NCBI GenBank assembly: GCA_002269645.1
Contig: NIVC01000424.1
Coordinates: 1-64,000, forward strand
Source: Macrostomum lignano
Lineage: Eukaryota
Length of the DNA stretch: 64,000 nucleotides
Direction of reading: 5' to 3'
The notes beneath the pieces are model-generated. The model did no database searches. It was given only the letters and a program-made list of their open reading frames with translations, and was not told the origin of the DNA. Of this stretch, positions 12,160 to 25,009 are shown in pieces. A program made the translations under genes and the position numbers. Numbering within the stretch: position 1 is the first letter of the stretch; each line of letters starts with the position of its first letter.

Positions 12160-12650
12160 AAAGCCACCTCACTCCACTAGACACCCACTCTACTCCTCGA
12201 AACACCCACCTCCACTCCTCGAAACACCCACCCCCACTCCGCTAGACACCCACCCTACTCCTATAAACACTCACCCCACTCCACTAGACATCCACTCCAC
12301 TCCTCGAAACACCCACCCCACTCCACTAGACACCCACTCCACTCCTCGAAACACCCACCCACTCCGCTAGACACCCACCTCTTTCCTCGAAACAGCCACC
12401 CCACTTCGCTAGACACCCACCTCTCTCCTTGAAACACCCACCCACTTCGCTAGACACCCACCTCTCTCCTCGAAACACACCCACCCCACTCCGCTAGACA
12501 CCCACCTCTCTCCTCGAAACACACCCACCCCACTCCGCTAGACACCCACCTCACTCCTCTAAAAACCCACCCCACTCCGCTAGACACCAACCTCACTCCT
12601 CGAAACACCCATCCCACTTCGCTAGACACCCACCTCTCTACAGTAGACAC
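12160..12650. repeat. C-rich ~21/42-bp minisatellite upstream of the phosphatase exon
   Basis: Alternating CTCCTCGAAACACCCACC / CCACTCCGCTAGACACCCAC subunits. Confidence 0.9.
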
Positions 12651-12721
12651 CCTTGCCATTACGCCAGCCAGTTAAAACAATTTGTACTACCTCACATCAA
12701 GCCATAACACTATGCAGCTGA

Positions 12722-13390
12722 CTAACCTACAAATTCATTCTGTTTTGGCGACAATTTGCTGGTGCTCGACGAATACGTCGCTGCGTTGCGACTGTCGCCT
12801 GCTTGTCGATCGGGTCGGTGATTCTGCTCTACCTGGCTGCTCAGCCTTGGTGGCCAAGTTTTCCCCTGCTCAATGAAAGTGCTAGGCATTTGAACAAGTC
12901 ACCCGCTAATGCGCAGTCTTCATCCACCTCTCGTCGCCTTGGCAACGACGACACCCAGCAGCTGCTGTCGGAGGCCGCTCGCTATTGCAACTCGCCGGTG
13001 CACACTGGCCGTTGGCATCGACAAGAACTCGACCGTCTTGCGTCGTCTAATGTTGCTGGCCATCGAGTCCGAGCATTGCTGGTTGTGTTCCGACACGGCG
13101 ATCGAATGCCGCTGACCCGTCTGGACGATTCCTCGTTTGTGCCGACTGTTCTACGAAACGTCTATCATCGACGATCGTGCCGACTGGCAGAGGTGACCTC
13201 AGCGCCCGAATGGCTGCGAGCCAAACTAGATTGGTCAACGCGTCAGATGTTGGACCGGCTGCCCAAGCTGACTCAATCTGTGCCCGCGGCTGCTGGCGGG
13301 GATTCCTTTGCCACGAGGACTTCTAGACGATTTTATGAGGAAGCCGACGTGTGCCAGTCGGGTCACCTGACTCCTATTGGTCTGGTGCAG
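12722..13390 (+). CDS. PXYLP1: Histidine acid phosphatase, PXYLP1/ACPL2-like, first visible coding exon (start unresolved); join(..13390,14064-14422,15186-15804)
   Basis: Frame open from 12722. Signal-anchor-like RRIRRCVATVACLSIGSVILLYLAA, catalytic LLVVFRHGDRMP (RHGxRxP), CQSGHLTPIGLVQ. Donor CAG|GTAATT. No in-frame ATG before the catalytic motif. Confidence 0.8.
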
Positions 13391-13529
13391 GTAATTAATG
13401 GAAATTTATATTGCTGCCGATAGTTAAGTTGCCATATAAAATCCCTGATTGTCCCCTTTTGCGCTGTCCATTCAATACCTAGCTTATCGCCTACCTCCAT
13501 CTAATTAGCATACTTCAATCCGTAATAGG

Positions 13530-14050
13530 CATCCACGACCCGCCTCACTCCGCCCAGCACCCACCTCACTCCGGCCAGCACCCACCTCACTCCGCTAGAC
13601 ACCCACCTCACTCCGCCAAGCACCCACCCCACTCCGCCCAGCACCCACCTCACTCCGCCTAGCACCCACCCCACTCCGGCCAGCACCCACCTCACTCCGC
13701 CTAGCACCCACCCCACTCCGCCCAGCACCCACCTCACTCCGCTAGACACCCACCTCACTCCGCCTAGCACCCACCTCACTCCGCTAGACACCCACCTCAC
13801 TCCGCTAGACACCCACCTCACTCCGCCCAGCACCCACCCCACTCCGCCCAGCACCCACCCTACTCCGCCCAGCACCCACCTCACTCCGCCTAGCACCCAC
13901 CTCACTCCGCTAGACACCCACCCCACTCCGCTAGACACCCACCTCACTCCGCCCAGCACCCACCCCACTCCGCCCAGCACCCACCCTACTCCGCCCAGCA
14001 CCCACCTCACTCCGCTAGACACCCACCTCACTCCGCCTAGCACCCAACTC
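13530..14050. repeat. 21-bp minisatellite in phosphatase intron 1
   Basis: Unit CACCCACCTCACTCCGCC(T/C)AG; same core as the 12160-12650 array. Confidence 0.93.
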
Positions 14051-14063
14051 ACTCTATCTTCAG

Positions 14064-14422
14064 GCTTACGAGCTTGGCCGCGCGATACGCCGGGCCTACT
14101 ACATTCCTCATAAAACCAGAGGTCCTCCTCGAATATCCCATGCCCGGAGTAGCGCCTCCCCGAGAACTCTCAGCACCCTAAGCGGCGTTCTTTACGGCTT
14201 CTACGTCAACAGCGAAGGCGACGGCGACGGCCACTCTGTAGACAGCGACGGCGAAGGCCAAGCCGCCCGCCAGCCGGTGGAAATTTCCGCCGATTTTCGA
14301 CTGTGCCCAGGACCGGGCGAATGCCCCGCCTGCCCCCTGCTGCCCCGGCTGACCCGTAGGATTAGCCGGCGGCGCTGGCGGCTGAGGGAGCGGCACTATG
14401 AGCAGCTGGTGGACGCTTACCG
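14064..14422 (+). CDS. PXYLP1: PXYLP1-like phosphatase exon 2
   Basis: Acceptor tcttcAG, phase 0. AYELGRAIRRAYY...ARSSASPRTLSTLSGVLYGF...EQLVDAY(R). Donor CG|GTGAGG, phase 2. Confidence 0.82.
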
Positions 14423-14479
14423 GTGAGGCCTATTGCGGGCTTGCGGGGTAGGTTGATGAGAAGTAGGTATGTAGAGTCA

Positions 14480-15060
14480 CGTAGAGTTTGAGTAGAGTAG
14501 ATTGGAGTTGAGTCGAGTAGGTTAGAGTTGAGTAGAGTAGATAGGAATTGAGAAAAGTTGGTTGGAGTTGAGTAGAGTAGAATGGAGTTGAGTTGAGTAG
14601 ATTGGAGTTGAGTTGAGTAGATTGGAGTTGAGTAGAGTAGATTGGAGTTGAGTAGAGTAGATTGGAGTTGAGTTGAGTAGATTGGAGTTGAGTAGAGTAG
14701 ATTGGAGTTGAGTAGAGTAGATTGGAGTTGAGTTGAGTAGATTGGAGTTGAGTTGAGTAGATTGGAGTTGAGTAGAGTAGATTGGAGTTGAGTTGAGTAG
14801 ATTGGAGTTGAGTAGAGTAGATTGGAGTTGAGTTGAGTAGATTGGAGTTGAGTCGAGTAGGTTAGAGTTGAGTTGAGTAGATTGGAGTTGAGTTGAGTAG
14901 ATTGGAGTTGAGTAGAGTAGATTGGAGTTGAGTTGAGTAGATTGGAGTTGAGTCGAGTAGGTTAGAGTTGAGTTGAGTAGATTGGAGTTGAGTTGAGTAG
15001 AATGGAGTTGAGTAAAGTAGGTTAGAGTCGGGTAGAGTAGAGGGTAGAGTAGAGTAGAGG
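14480..15060. repeat. 20-bp repeat made of GAGTA/GAGTT pentamers in phosphatase intron 2
   Basis: Unit AGATTGGAGTTGAGT(T/A)GAGT. Confidence 0.92.
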
Positions 15061-15185
15061 ATCAAAATGGAGTACATTTAAGTTTATAAGATTGTAGGCT
15101 TGAGCTTAGTAGAGTAGAGTAGTCAGGGCTATTTAGAATAGCAGCACTCTTATCGCCTCCTCCCCCCTTATTCAATTCTCCAAAG

Positions 15186-15804
15186 CGCGCTATTCGACGA
15201 ACCGGTGAAAGACTCGGCTCTGCTCGACCTGCTGCTCCCCCTACGCTGCTGGTCTGGCAATGCCAGCTCGCTATTGAGCCTGCTCTCATCATCCGCTTCT
15301 TCGCTGCTATCAGCTGACCCGCCAGCCGATCTGTTGCAGGCGCACAACTCTGTGAGTCGCCTCATGATGACTGGTAAGAAACGGTTGAGTCAGCTCTACA
15401 GTCGCCTGGCTGTGGCGCACGCTCGGCCTCTGCTGCTGGACTTGGCCAATCGGCTCTTGACACATTCGGAAGAGTCTTTGTCCGTGTCTTTGTTCTCCGG
15501 TCACGATAATACGCTTGAGTTTCTACTGCATTCGTTGGGCATCTGGGATGGAACTTGGCCTCGACTGGCTGCTAATCTAGCGTTCGAACTGTTGTCAGGT
15601 GATGTAAATTCTAATCCTACCAGATTCAGACTGATGTACAATGGTCGAGATTTAACCGGTCGGCTGACGTTTTGCGCCGATGGCGACAGTCCAGGAAGTG
15701 GCTGCGCAGTCAGCAGGCTGATGGAGTTTGCCCAGCGAGGCATGCTCCAGTCTGTGGGATTCTCTTCCTACGAAGCTCTGTGTCAGTCTGACTTCAATGA
15801 ATGA
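15186..15804 (+). CDS. PXYLP1: PXYLP1-like phosphatase exon 3 (terminal)
   Basis: Acceptor ctccaaAG 15184-15185 in matching phase 2. SGHDNTLEFLLHSLG (HD motif), WPRLAANLAFELL, FRLMYNGRDLTGRLTFC resemble the PXYLP1 C-terminus as recalled. Confidence 0.85.
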
Positions 15805-16155
15805 GAGGTTCTGATTGCTGCGCACTTTTAATTATTTGGTTATGATCCACTCCACGTGTCATTGGTTGCGCATTTTTTTCAGCGTCATTTTCTTCTTTCT
15901 TTTTGTGACAACGATGTCCGTTAAGATTGTTATCTTAATCCTATAAGCAAACCGATCGAAATGAACAGTAAATTGTTGCTTCTTTATGCGATTGTCTTTC
16001 TTCTTTGCCTTTATTTAGTTTGTGTCAATATACTCATGCCATCCGCTCTGTTTAATCTTCGATGCTTACTTGTCAGTAGTATATGAGTTCCTAGTTTTTC
16101 TGCAGTTTGTCTTGTTTACTGATAGATACTAAACACTAAGACGGACACTTAAAAC

Positions 16156-16187
16156 AGACAGACAGACAGACAGACAGACACTAAGGC

Positions 16188-16220
<33 letters not shown>

Positions 16221-16335
16221 CTAAGGCAGACAGACAGACAGACAGACACTAACTAAGGCAGACAGAAAGATAGACAGACAGAGAGACAGACAGACAGACA
16301 AACACAGACACTAAGACAGACACTAAGATAGATAG
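16156..16335. repeat. Interrupted (AGAC)n microsatellite
   Basis: Direct reading of the sequence. Confidence 0.9.
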
Positions 16336-17329
16336 ACAAAAGAAGCAAACCAGAATTTCCGAGATTTTTAGACTCAAAATAGCTTTTAATGTAGAGGCAC
16401 AGTCATTAAACACGGACAGACCAGTTATAATTCATTAAGAAAACAATCCTCTATGAATTTTTAAAACAGCTATATTTACGGGTTGGGTGACCGGTCTAGG
16501 CTACTACTGGTCTACGAGTTAATGGATAATTTTGCTGGTTTTAACTTTTGGTAGTTCCCTGTCATTAGGTTCCCTGCTGTTCCTTAGCTTTATCTATACC
16601 TGTTAAGGTCAGGTTGTTAATTATTTTAATATAGGTCTGGAAAAATCGACACCTTTCGAGACAGGGTGAACAGCGGTCCAGACTTTCTAATCGCATGTAC
16701 ACTCTCTGTGCCGTGGGGGATTGGCTCTGGGTGTGAATTGCACAAAAAGCCTGAATAGCCAATTCCGTGCACAGTCCCAATAAACTGAATGTGGCCGCGA
16801 GGCCGGGGGGCGGTCGTAGAGATCTACCAAACTGATGTTGTTGACTGTGGAGGGAATCTGTGGGAACGCGGAGCGCGAGACTGCCGCAGGAAAGCGGCAA
16901 AGAAGCACGAGGAGAAGATGCCCAGCGAGCGCTCCAGATTGAAAGAGCAATCTTGTGTAAGAAAAGAACCCGTGAGGGGTTGGACTGCACTTAATCCCGC
17001 AGCTTGGTTTTACCCACACTTGTCGATAAAGATCTTGAGTCCGCGTCATCTGTATAGGATTTGGCAGCGCTGGGACCATCATCAATTAGCCCTGACCGAG
17101 GAGTACTAAAGAGAGTGTCTGGAGAGGCTATTCACTTAATTCACGACCGCAGCATATTTTCAAAAATCGTGTAACTTTCGCTGGAGGCCGCCGGGCTTTG
17201 CTGAAAAGTTTAGCACTAAAATTCACAATATGATATCGCACCTTCTGGACTTCAAATTACAAAAGAAGCAAGTATAGGTCAACTCCGGCTCTCGGGTAAA
17301 CTTTACAATAGGAATCTCGTCCGCTTAAG

Positions 17330-17754
17330 TTTTGTCTCTTCTCAGCTCTGTCCTCTTCTCTCCTCTCTCCCCTGTCTCTCTCTTCCCTCCCATCTCTCCT
17401 CACCTCCCCTCCTCCTCCCCCTCTCTCTTCTCTCCCTTCTCTCCCCTGTCTCTCTTCTCTCCCCTCTCTCCTCTCCTCTCTTTCTTCTCTCATCTCTCTC
17501 TTTGCTCCCATCTCTTCTCACCTCCCCTCTCTCTTCTCTCCCCTGTCTCTCTCCTCTCCCCTCTTTCTTATCTCACCTCTCTCTTTGCTCCCATCTCTCC
17601 TCACCTCCCCCGCCTCATCTCTCCTCTCTCTTCCCTCCCATCTCTCCTCACCTCCCCTCTCTCTTCTCTCCCCTCTCTCTTCTCTCCCCTCTCTCTTCTC
17701 TCCCTTCTCTCATCTCCCCTGTGTCTCTTCTCTCCACTCTCTTTTTTCTTCCCA

Positions 17755-17823
<69 letters not shown>

Positions 17824-17960
17824 CCTGTCTCTCTTCTCTCCCCTCCCTCTCTCTTCTCTCCCTGTCTCTCCTCTTCTCCCCTCTCCCCTCTTATATTTTC
17901 CCTTATCTCTTCTCTCATTCAATCTCTCGCATCTCCTCTCATCTCTCATTTTCTATTCCC
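17330..17960. repeat. CT-rich low-complexity tract with a pure (CT)n at ~17758-17820
   Basis: Direct reading; the ORFs here are low-complexity artefacts. Confidence 0.9.
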
Positions 17961-18469
17961 GATCTTTTCCACTCTCATCTGGCCCGCAGCCATGAGCTGG
18001 ATTCTCTCTCTGGCCCTTGAGGTTAACAAAAGCCTGTCGACTACTGTTTTAAAGACATTTATTAACGCTGCAGTTCGTCTCCAGTTGTCTAGCCAGAAAC
18101 ATCCATGCTCAGCTAGCAAGCTTCAATGAGCAGAGTTTTTCTGTCGTAATCGAGCTAGCAAAATTTAGCGGCAACAATCCAAGATGCATGCAGAATGCTT
18201 TGATCCGGTTGGCAAGGATTACGACAGGCGCCCGGGTTTTAGCTCGAGATGAGAGCATCCGAATAACTTTTCTGTTGATTGATTGATGGACGACCTATCA
18301 ATGTAGGAATAACGTCTTTGCATTGTTAATGTTTCTTGCGCCAGCAACAATGCTTTGGTTCTTTGGCCTTTCTTGCAAACAGAAGCCCGGCTGAGCTTTT
18401 TTACAGGCAATGATTGAAAACTTCGACGCTTCTCAGAATTGCTTCAAATTTGTTCAGGAAAATTAATTA

Positions 18470-21400
18470 GTCACTGATTCATTCACCAGGTTTTATTAGT
18501 TACACTGATTCATTCACCGAAATTTATTGGTGACGCAGATTCATTCACTAGGTTTTATTGGTGACACTGATTTATTCACCGAAATTTATTGGTGACGCAG
18601 ATTCATTCACCAATATTTATTGGTGACACTGATTTATTCACCGAAATTTATTGGTGACGCAGATTCATTCACCAATATTTATTGGTGACACTGATTTATT
18701 CACCGAAATTTATTGGTGACGCAGATTCATTCACCAATATTTATTGGTGACACTGATTTATTCACCGAAATTTATTGGTGACGCAGATTTATTCACCGAA
18801 ATTTATTGGTGACGCAGATTTATTCACCGAAATTTATTGGTGACGCAGATTCATTCACCGAAATTTATTGGTGACGCAGATTTATTCACTGAAATTTATT
18901 GGTGACGCTGATTCATTCACCGAAATTTATTGGTGACGCTGATTCATTCACCGAAATTTATTGGTGACACTGATTCATTCACCGAAATTTATTGGTGACG
19001 CTGATTCATTCACCGAAATTTATTGGTGACACTGATTCATTCACCGAAATTTATTGGTGACGCTGATTCATTCACCGAAATTTATTGGTGACGCTGATTC
19101 ATTCACCAATATTTATTGGTGACGCTGATTCATTCACCGAAATTTTTTGGTGACATTGATTCATTCACCGAAATTTTTTGGTGACACTGATTCATTCACC
19201 GAAATTTATTCGTGACACTGATTCATTCAACGAAATTTATTGGTGACGCTGATTCATTCACCGAAATTTATTGGTGACACTGATTCATTCACCGAAATTT
19301 ATTGGTGACGCTGATTCATTCACCAAAATTTATTGGTGACGCTGATTCATTCACTAGGTTTTATTGGTTACACTGATTCATTCACCGAAATTTATTGGTG
19401 ACGCTGATTCATTCACCGAAATTTATTGGTGACGCTGATTCATTTACCAATATTTATTGGTGACGCTGATTCATTCACCGAAATTTATTGGTGACACTGA
19501 TTCATTCACCGAAATTTATTGGTGACGCTGATTCATTCACCGAAATTTATTGGTGACACTGATTCATTCACCGAAATTTATTGGTGACGCTGATTCATTC
19601 ACCAGGTTTTATTGGTTACACTGATTCATTCACCGAAATTTATTGGTGACGCTGATTCATTCACCAATATTTATTGGTGACGCTGATTCATTCACCGAAA
19701 TTTATTGGTGACACTGATTCATTCACCGAAATTTATTGGTGACGCTGATTCATTCACTAGGTTTTATTGGTTACACTGATTCATTCACCGAAATTTATTG
19801 GTGACGCTGATTCATTCACCGAAATTTATTGGTGACGCTGATTCATTCACCGAAATTTATTGGTGACACTGATTCATTCACCGAAATTTATTGGTGACGC
19901 TGATTCATTCACCAAAATTTATTGGTGACGCTGATTCATTCACCAATATTTATTGGTGACGCTGATTCATTCACCGAAATTTTTTGGTGACATTGATTCA
20001 TTCACCGAAATTTTTTGGTGACACTGATTCATTCACCGAAATTTATTCGTGACACTGATTCATTCAACGAAATTTATTGGTGACGCTGATTCATTCACCG
20101 AAATTTATTGGTGACACTGATTCATTCACCGAAATTTATTGGTGACGCTGATTCATTCACCAAAATTTATTGGTGACGCTGATTCATTCACTAGGTTTTA
20201 TTGGTTACACTGATTCATTCACCGAAATTTATTGGTGACGCTGATTCATTCACCGAAATTTATTGGTGACGCTGATTCATTCACCAATATTTATTGGTGA
20301 CGCTGATTCATTCACCGAAATTTATTGGTGACACTGATTCATTCACCGAAATTTATTGGTGACGCTGATTCATTCACCGAAATTTATTGGTGACACTGAT
20401 TCATTCACCGAAATTTATTGGTGACGCTGATTCATTCACCAGGTTTTATTGGTTACACTGATTCATTCACCGAAATTTATTGGTGACGCTGATTCATTCA
20501 CCAATATTTATTGGTGACGCTGATTCATTCACCGAAATTTATTGGTGACACTGATTCATTCACCGAAATTTATTGGTGACGCTGATTCATTCACTAGGTT
20601 TTATTGGTTACACTGATTCATTCACCGAAATTTATTGGTGACGCTGATTCATTCACCGAAATTTATTGGTGACGCTGATTCATTCACCAATATTTATTGG
20701 TGACGCTGATTCATTCACCGAAATTTTTTGGTGACACTGATTCATTCACTGAAATTTATTGGTGACACTGATTCATTCACCGAAATTTATTGGTTACACT
20801 GATTCATTCACTGAAATTTATTGGTGACACTGATTCATTTACTAAAATTTATTGGTGACACTGATTCATTCACCGAAATTTATTGGTGACACTGATTCAT
20901 TCACCAAAATTTATTGGTGACGCTGATTCATTCACCTAGGTTTTATTGGTTACACTGATTCATTCACCGAAATTTATTGGTGACGCTGATTCATTCACCG
21001 AAATTTATTGGTGACGCTGATTCATTCACCAATATTTATTGGTGACGCTGATTCATTCACCGAAATTTATTGGTGACACTGATTCATTCACCGAAATTTA
21101 TTGGTGACGCTGATTCATTCACCGAAATTTATTGGTGACACTGATTAATTCACCGAAATTTATTGGTGACACTGATTCATTCACCAGGTTTTATTGGTTA
21201 CACTGATTCATTCACCGAAATTTATTGGTGACGCTGATTCATTCACCAGGTTTTATTGGTTACACTGATTCATTCACCGAAATTTATTGGTGACGCTGAT
21301 TCATTCACCGAAATTTATTGGTTACACTGATTCATTCACCAATATTTATTGGTGACGCTGATTCATTCACCGAATTTTTTTTGGTTATACTGATTCATTC

Positions 21401-21690
21401 ACCGAAATTTATTGGTTACACTGATTCATTCACTGAAATTTATTGGTGACACTGATTCATTTACTAAAATTTATTGGTGACACTGATTCATTCACCGAAA
21501 TTTATTGGTGACACTGATTCATTCACTAAAATTTATTGGTGACACTGATTCATTCACTAAAATTTATTGGTGACACTGATTCATTCACTAAAATTTATTG
21601 GTGACACTGGTTCATTCACTAAAATTTATTGGTGACACTAATTCATTCACTAAAATTTATCGGTGACACTGATTCATTCACCAATTTAAA
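18470..21690. repeat. 3.2-kb array of a 31-bp unit (~100 copies)
   Basis: Unit TGATTCATTCACCGAAATTTATTGGTGACGC. Rare variants recur 837 bp apart. Confidence 0.97.
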
Positions 21691-21727
21691 TGTACCATTC
21701 ACAGATTCATTCACCGATTAAAGCTGC

Positions 21728-22149
21728 TATAGTATTTGTCATGCTATCTCAGCCTAGAGACATCCAAACTCAGCCAGCCCATCTCAACAGTGCGATTTTT
21801 TACGTAAGCCAGTCAAGTTTTACCATAGACATGCTTCTTAAGGCCATGCTATCTCAGCCTGGGACATGCAATCTCAGCCACTTTTCAGATTCTTACTGAC
21901 TTTTCTTGCTGCGTTCATTCATTGCTGTTTGTTGCCATTTCATGTCACGTTACAGAAATGATAGCATTGAGATCTGTTTGCAATTGAAATCTATATTGGC
22001 TGAGATTGCATGTCCCAGGCTGAGATAGCATGGCCTTAAGAAGCATGTCTATGGTAAAACTCGACTAGCTCGAGCCAAAAAACGCATTGCGGAATGGGGC
22101 TGGCTGAGTTTGGATGTCCCTAGGCTGAGATAGCATGACAAAAGCTATA
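21728..22149. mobile_element. Fold-back MITE with ~150-bp imperfect terminal inverted repeats
   Basis: 21728-21880 (TATAGTATTTGTCATGCTATCTCAGCCTAG...ATCTCAGCCA) is the reverse complement of 21997-22149; ~115-bp core. Confidence 0.8.
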
Positions 22150-23059
22150 TTATACAACTGCTACTTTCTTGGCAATCTAGAAGGCTAATATCTCGCGTGT
22201 CATGCCAACTGAAACAGGATTTGCGAGAGAGCAATATCTCTTTCTGTTCCTCAGTCGGGCACGCATCTTGAGCACACAAACTTGGTTCACTGTTTAACTT
22301 CTCTTCCTAACAATGGGTCCGGCCTATTTAGAAATGACTCGTCATGCCACTCTCACTCTCTAGTGTCCCGGGTACAGTTTTTTCATATATATGAAGCAGT
22401 CTTTACAGCCTCCTCACTCTCTGAGAAGGGCCTTCGTTTGCAGCGGTAAGTTGAGAGAGGTGTTCCACCATTCAGCGATGTGTGTGTGAGAGAGTGTGTG
22501 TGAATTAGGATGTATTTTGCGCAGGGAGAAGAGAAGTTCACAGAGGAGAGGCTGAGAGGCTGAAGAAGAGATGGAGCAGATGGATTGGGAGAGACGCGGC
22601 GAGAGAGAAACTGCACGCTGCCAACACTTGGCTGGAAGGAAACAGAAGAGAGCATCGATTTGGTAGGAGGCCCCGGTTGCTGGGGCTGTGGAGGCGGGAG
22701 CTGAAGGACAGCAACTCGTTAGGGCTGCAGCGGTGGCGGAGGAGCAGTGGCCCTCATAGTGCGGTGAATTGAGATGGTAGGGATAGGGCAGGTAGGCAGG
22801 GGGCTACAGGTGAAAGCTGTGGGTGGTCAGTCCTGACCTTGTTCCATCTTATTCAAACTTGGCCTCTCCTTATTGTCCAAGTCCATACCAACCAGAAATT
22901 GTTTGTACTTGCTTGCATTTCTTAATGAATAAAACGGGGGACTTTGAGGAAGCGAGAAATTTTATACCCTGCTTTGCAATTGTGCAAGATTGCAGCACTG
23001 GTTGGTAGTAGTATTGCTGCAGAGAAGTTTGAGATTTCAATGAGGCACAGCCATCAGCG

Positions 23060-23290
23060 AGTAAGCTGAAGAGAGGTAGACAATTAGTAGACTGAGAGGT
23101 AGGTAATTAGTAGACTGAGAGGTAGGTAATTAGTAGACTGAGAGGTAGGTAAATTGTAGACTGATAGGTAGGTAGGTAATTAATTAGTAGACTGAGAGGT
23201 AGACAATTAGTAGACTGAAAAGTAGACAATTAGCGGACAGAAAGGTAGACAATTAAGGTAGATTAAAAGGTAGGCAAGAGATAGCGAGAG
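23060..23290. repeat. Degenerate ~23-bp tandem repeat
   Basis: GTAGACTGAGAGGTAGGTAATTA-like units. Confidence 0.7.
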
Positions 23291-23769
23291 GTAGACTGAG
23301 AGACGATTTTTCAAGGCCTAAATTTCTTGCAATTACTACGAGTATACGAGCGTATATCGATTGCCTAATTCGCAAAAGTTATTAAATTTATTAAATATTA
23401 ATGTAATTTGAGCCATCTACATAGGATTAGTTGTTTGATTGTTGAAAGTCGCACAATTGCATCCCATTATGGCCTTAACCTCGCATAGCCGTTCAACTGA
23501 CTTCAGAACTCACTCACCAGTCATTGACTCACGTATAAATCCATCAAAGAAATATTAATTCATTAATTGGTCTCATTTTCCTTGCGACTGTCCGAGGAAT
23601 AGTCTTTTCTTAGAAATCCGAAGACTTTATGAGTACTTAATGCGCGGCGTGCATGGTTCTTGAAGATGATTTCGAAACCAGAGGAGAGACCTTTATCTAC
23701 CTGTCTTATGCTGTCTACCTCTCTCCGTGGCTATCTGGTATCGCATTTTTATTCCCACTGCTTCTGCCT

Positions 23770-23940
23770 CTCTACCTCCCTATCTCCCTTTCCCTCTCCC
23801 TCTCCCTCTCCCTCTCCCTCTCCCTCTCTACCTCCATCTCCATCTCCATCTCCATCTCCATCTCCATCTCCATCTGTATCTCTATCTCATCTCCATCTCT
23901 ATCTTACTCTACATCTCCATCTCCATCTCCATCTCTACTC
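23770..23940. repeat. (CTCCCT)n / (CTCCAT)n hexamer repeats
   Basis: Direct reading of the sequence. Confidence 0.8.
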
Positions 23941-24117
23941 ATCTCACCCTACCTTCTATTCAACCTTTGATTGCAAAGCAGAAAGCCGTTTCCTCAGAGG
24001 CAGTTTTCCCATCAACCAACAATCAGCACCAACTGCGATAGGTAATATAAAAATCCTACCTGAATCTTCAGTCTCAGTCAACGTGAAAATTCTCAATTTG
24101 AAACTCTCAAGCCAGCA

Positions 24118-24425
24118 AGGAGTTGGGGATCTGGAGTTGGGGAACTGGAGTTGGGGAACTGGAGTTGGGGAACTGGAGTTGGGGAACTGGAGTTGGGGAA
24201 CTGGAGTTGGGGAACTGGAGTTGGGGAACTGGAGTTGGGGAACTGGAGTTGGGGAACTGGAGTTGGGGAACTGGAGTTGGGGAACTGGAGTTGGGGAACT
24301 GGAGTTGGGGAACTGGAGTTGGGGAACTGGAGTTGGGGAACTGGAGTTGGGGAACTGGAGTTGGGGAACTGGAGTTGGGGAACTGGAGTAGGGGAACTGG
24401 AGTTGGGGAACTGGAGTTGGGGAAC
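24118..24425. repeat. Near-perfect 14-bp G-rich minisatellite (~22 copies)
   Basis: Unit GGAGTTGGGGAACT. Confidence 0.95.
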
Positions 24426-25009
24426 TGTTTTAGGCTGGAAAGTAAGCCTTCCAAGTTCCAAGATGACTGAATAGAAGAGGCAGGTAAAAGACAGGTAAGC
24501 TGATACTCAAAGCTAAATAATTATCAAATAGAGCAGCTGATGAAACTGTCAGTGAGGCTGGGGTCTCAGTTTCGTGAGGGGTCTGAGCTGCAGTTCATAT
24601 CGCCTCTATAGTGCTTGTACTGCACTGCTCAAGCCAGAGTTTGACCAGTAATTAATCAAATCCTTGAAGTTGACAGACTTAAGAACTTTATAATTTATTT
24701 ATTCAAATAGTTCGCCTCACCGGCTAGAGAAAAGTTTCCTAAACTATAGGTATGAAATATGATATCGAAGTTATCGATTGAGCCGCAGACTCACAGCCGG
24801 TTGGGCTAATTAATGATTGACAGGTCGTGTCAGGTCATGTCACTCTGCTGGTTGACTGATGCTGCCTTGGCCTGGTAGTTATTTCAAGAAAATTGCTATG
24901 CGTTCGGTTGTTGGGTTTAGCAATTTGACCTGCCTTGAATATGCGATTGTTTTGCTAAACTTCTTTTTCAGATAGGAAGGATAGAGGGGAAATCTCGAAG
25001 GACTCAGAC

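Noticed and set aside
18470-21690. CRISPR-like array of ~31-bp partly palindromic repeats
   Set aside because: Units are contiguous with no unique spacers, there are no cas genes, and the context is eukaryotic. The same applies to the other 24-41 bp arrays.
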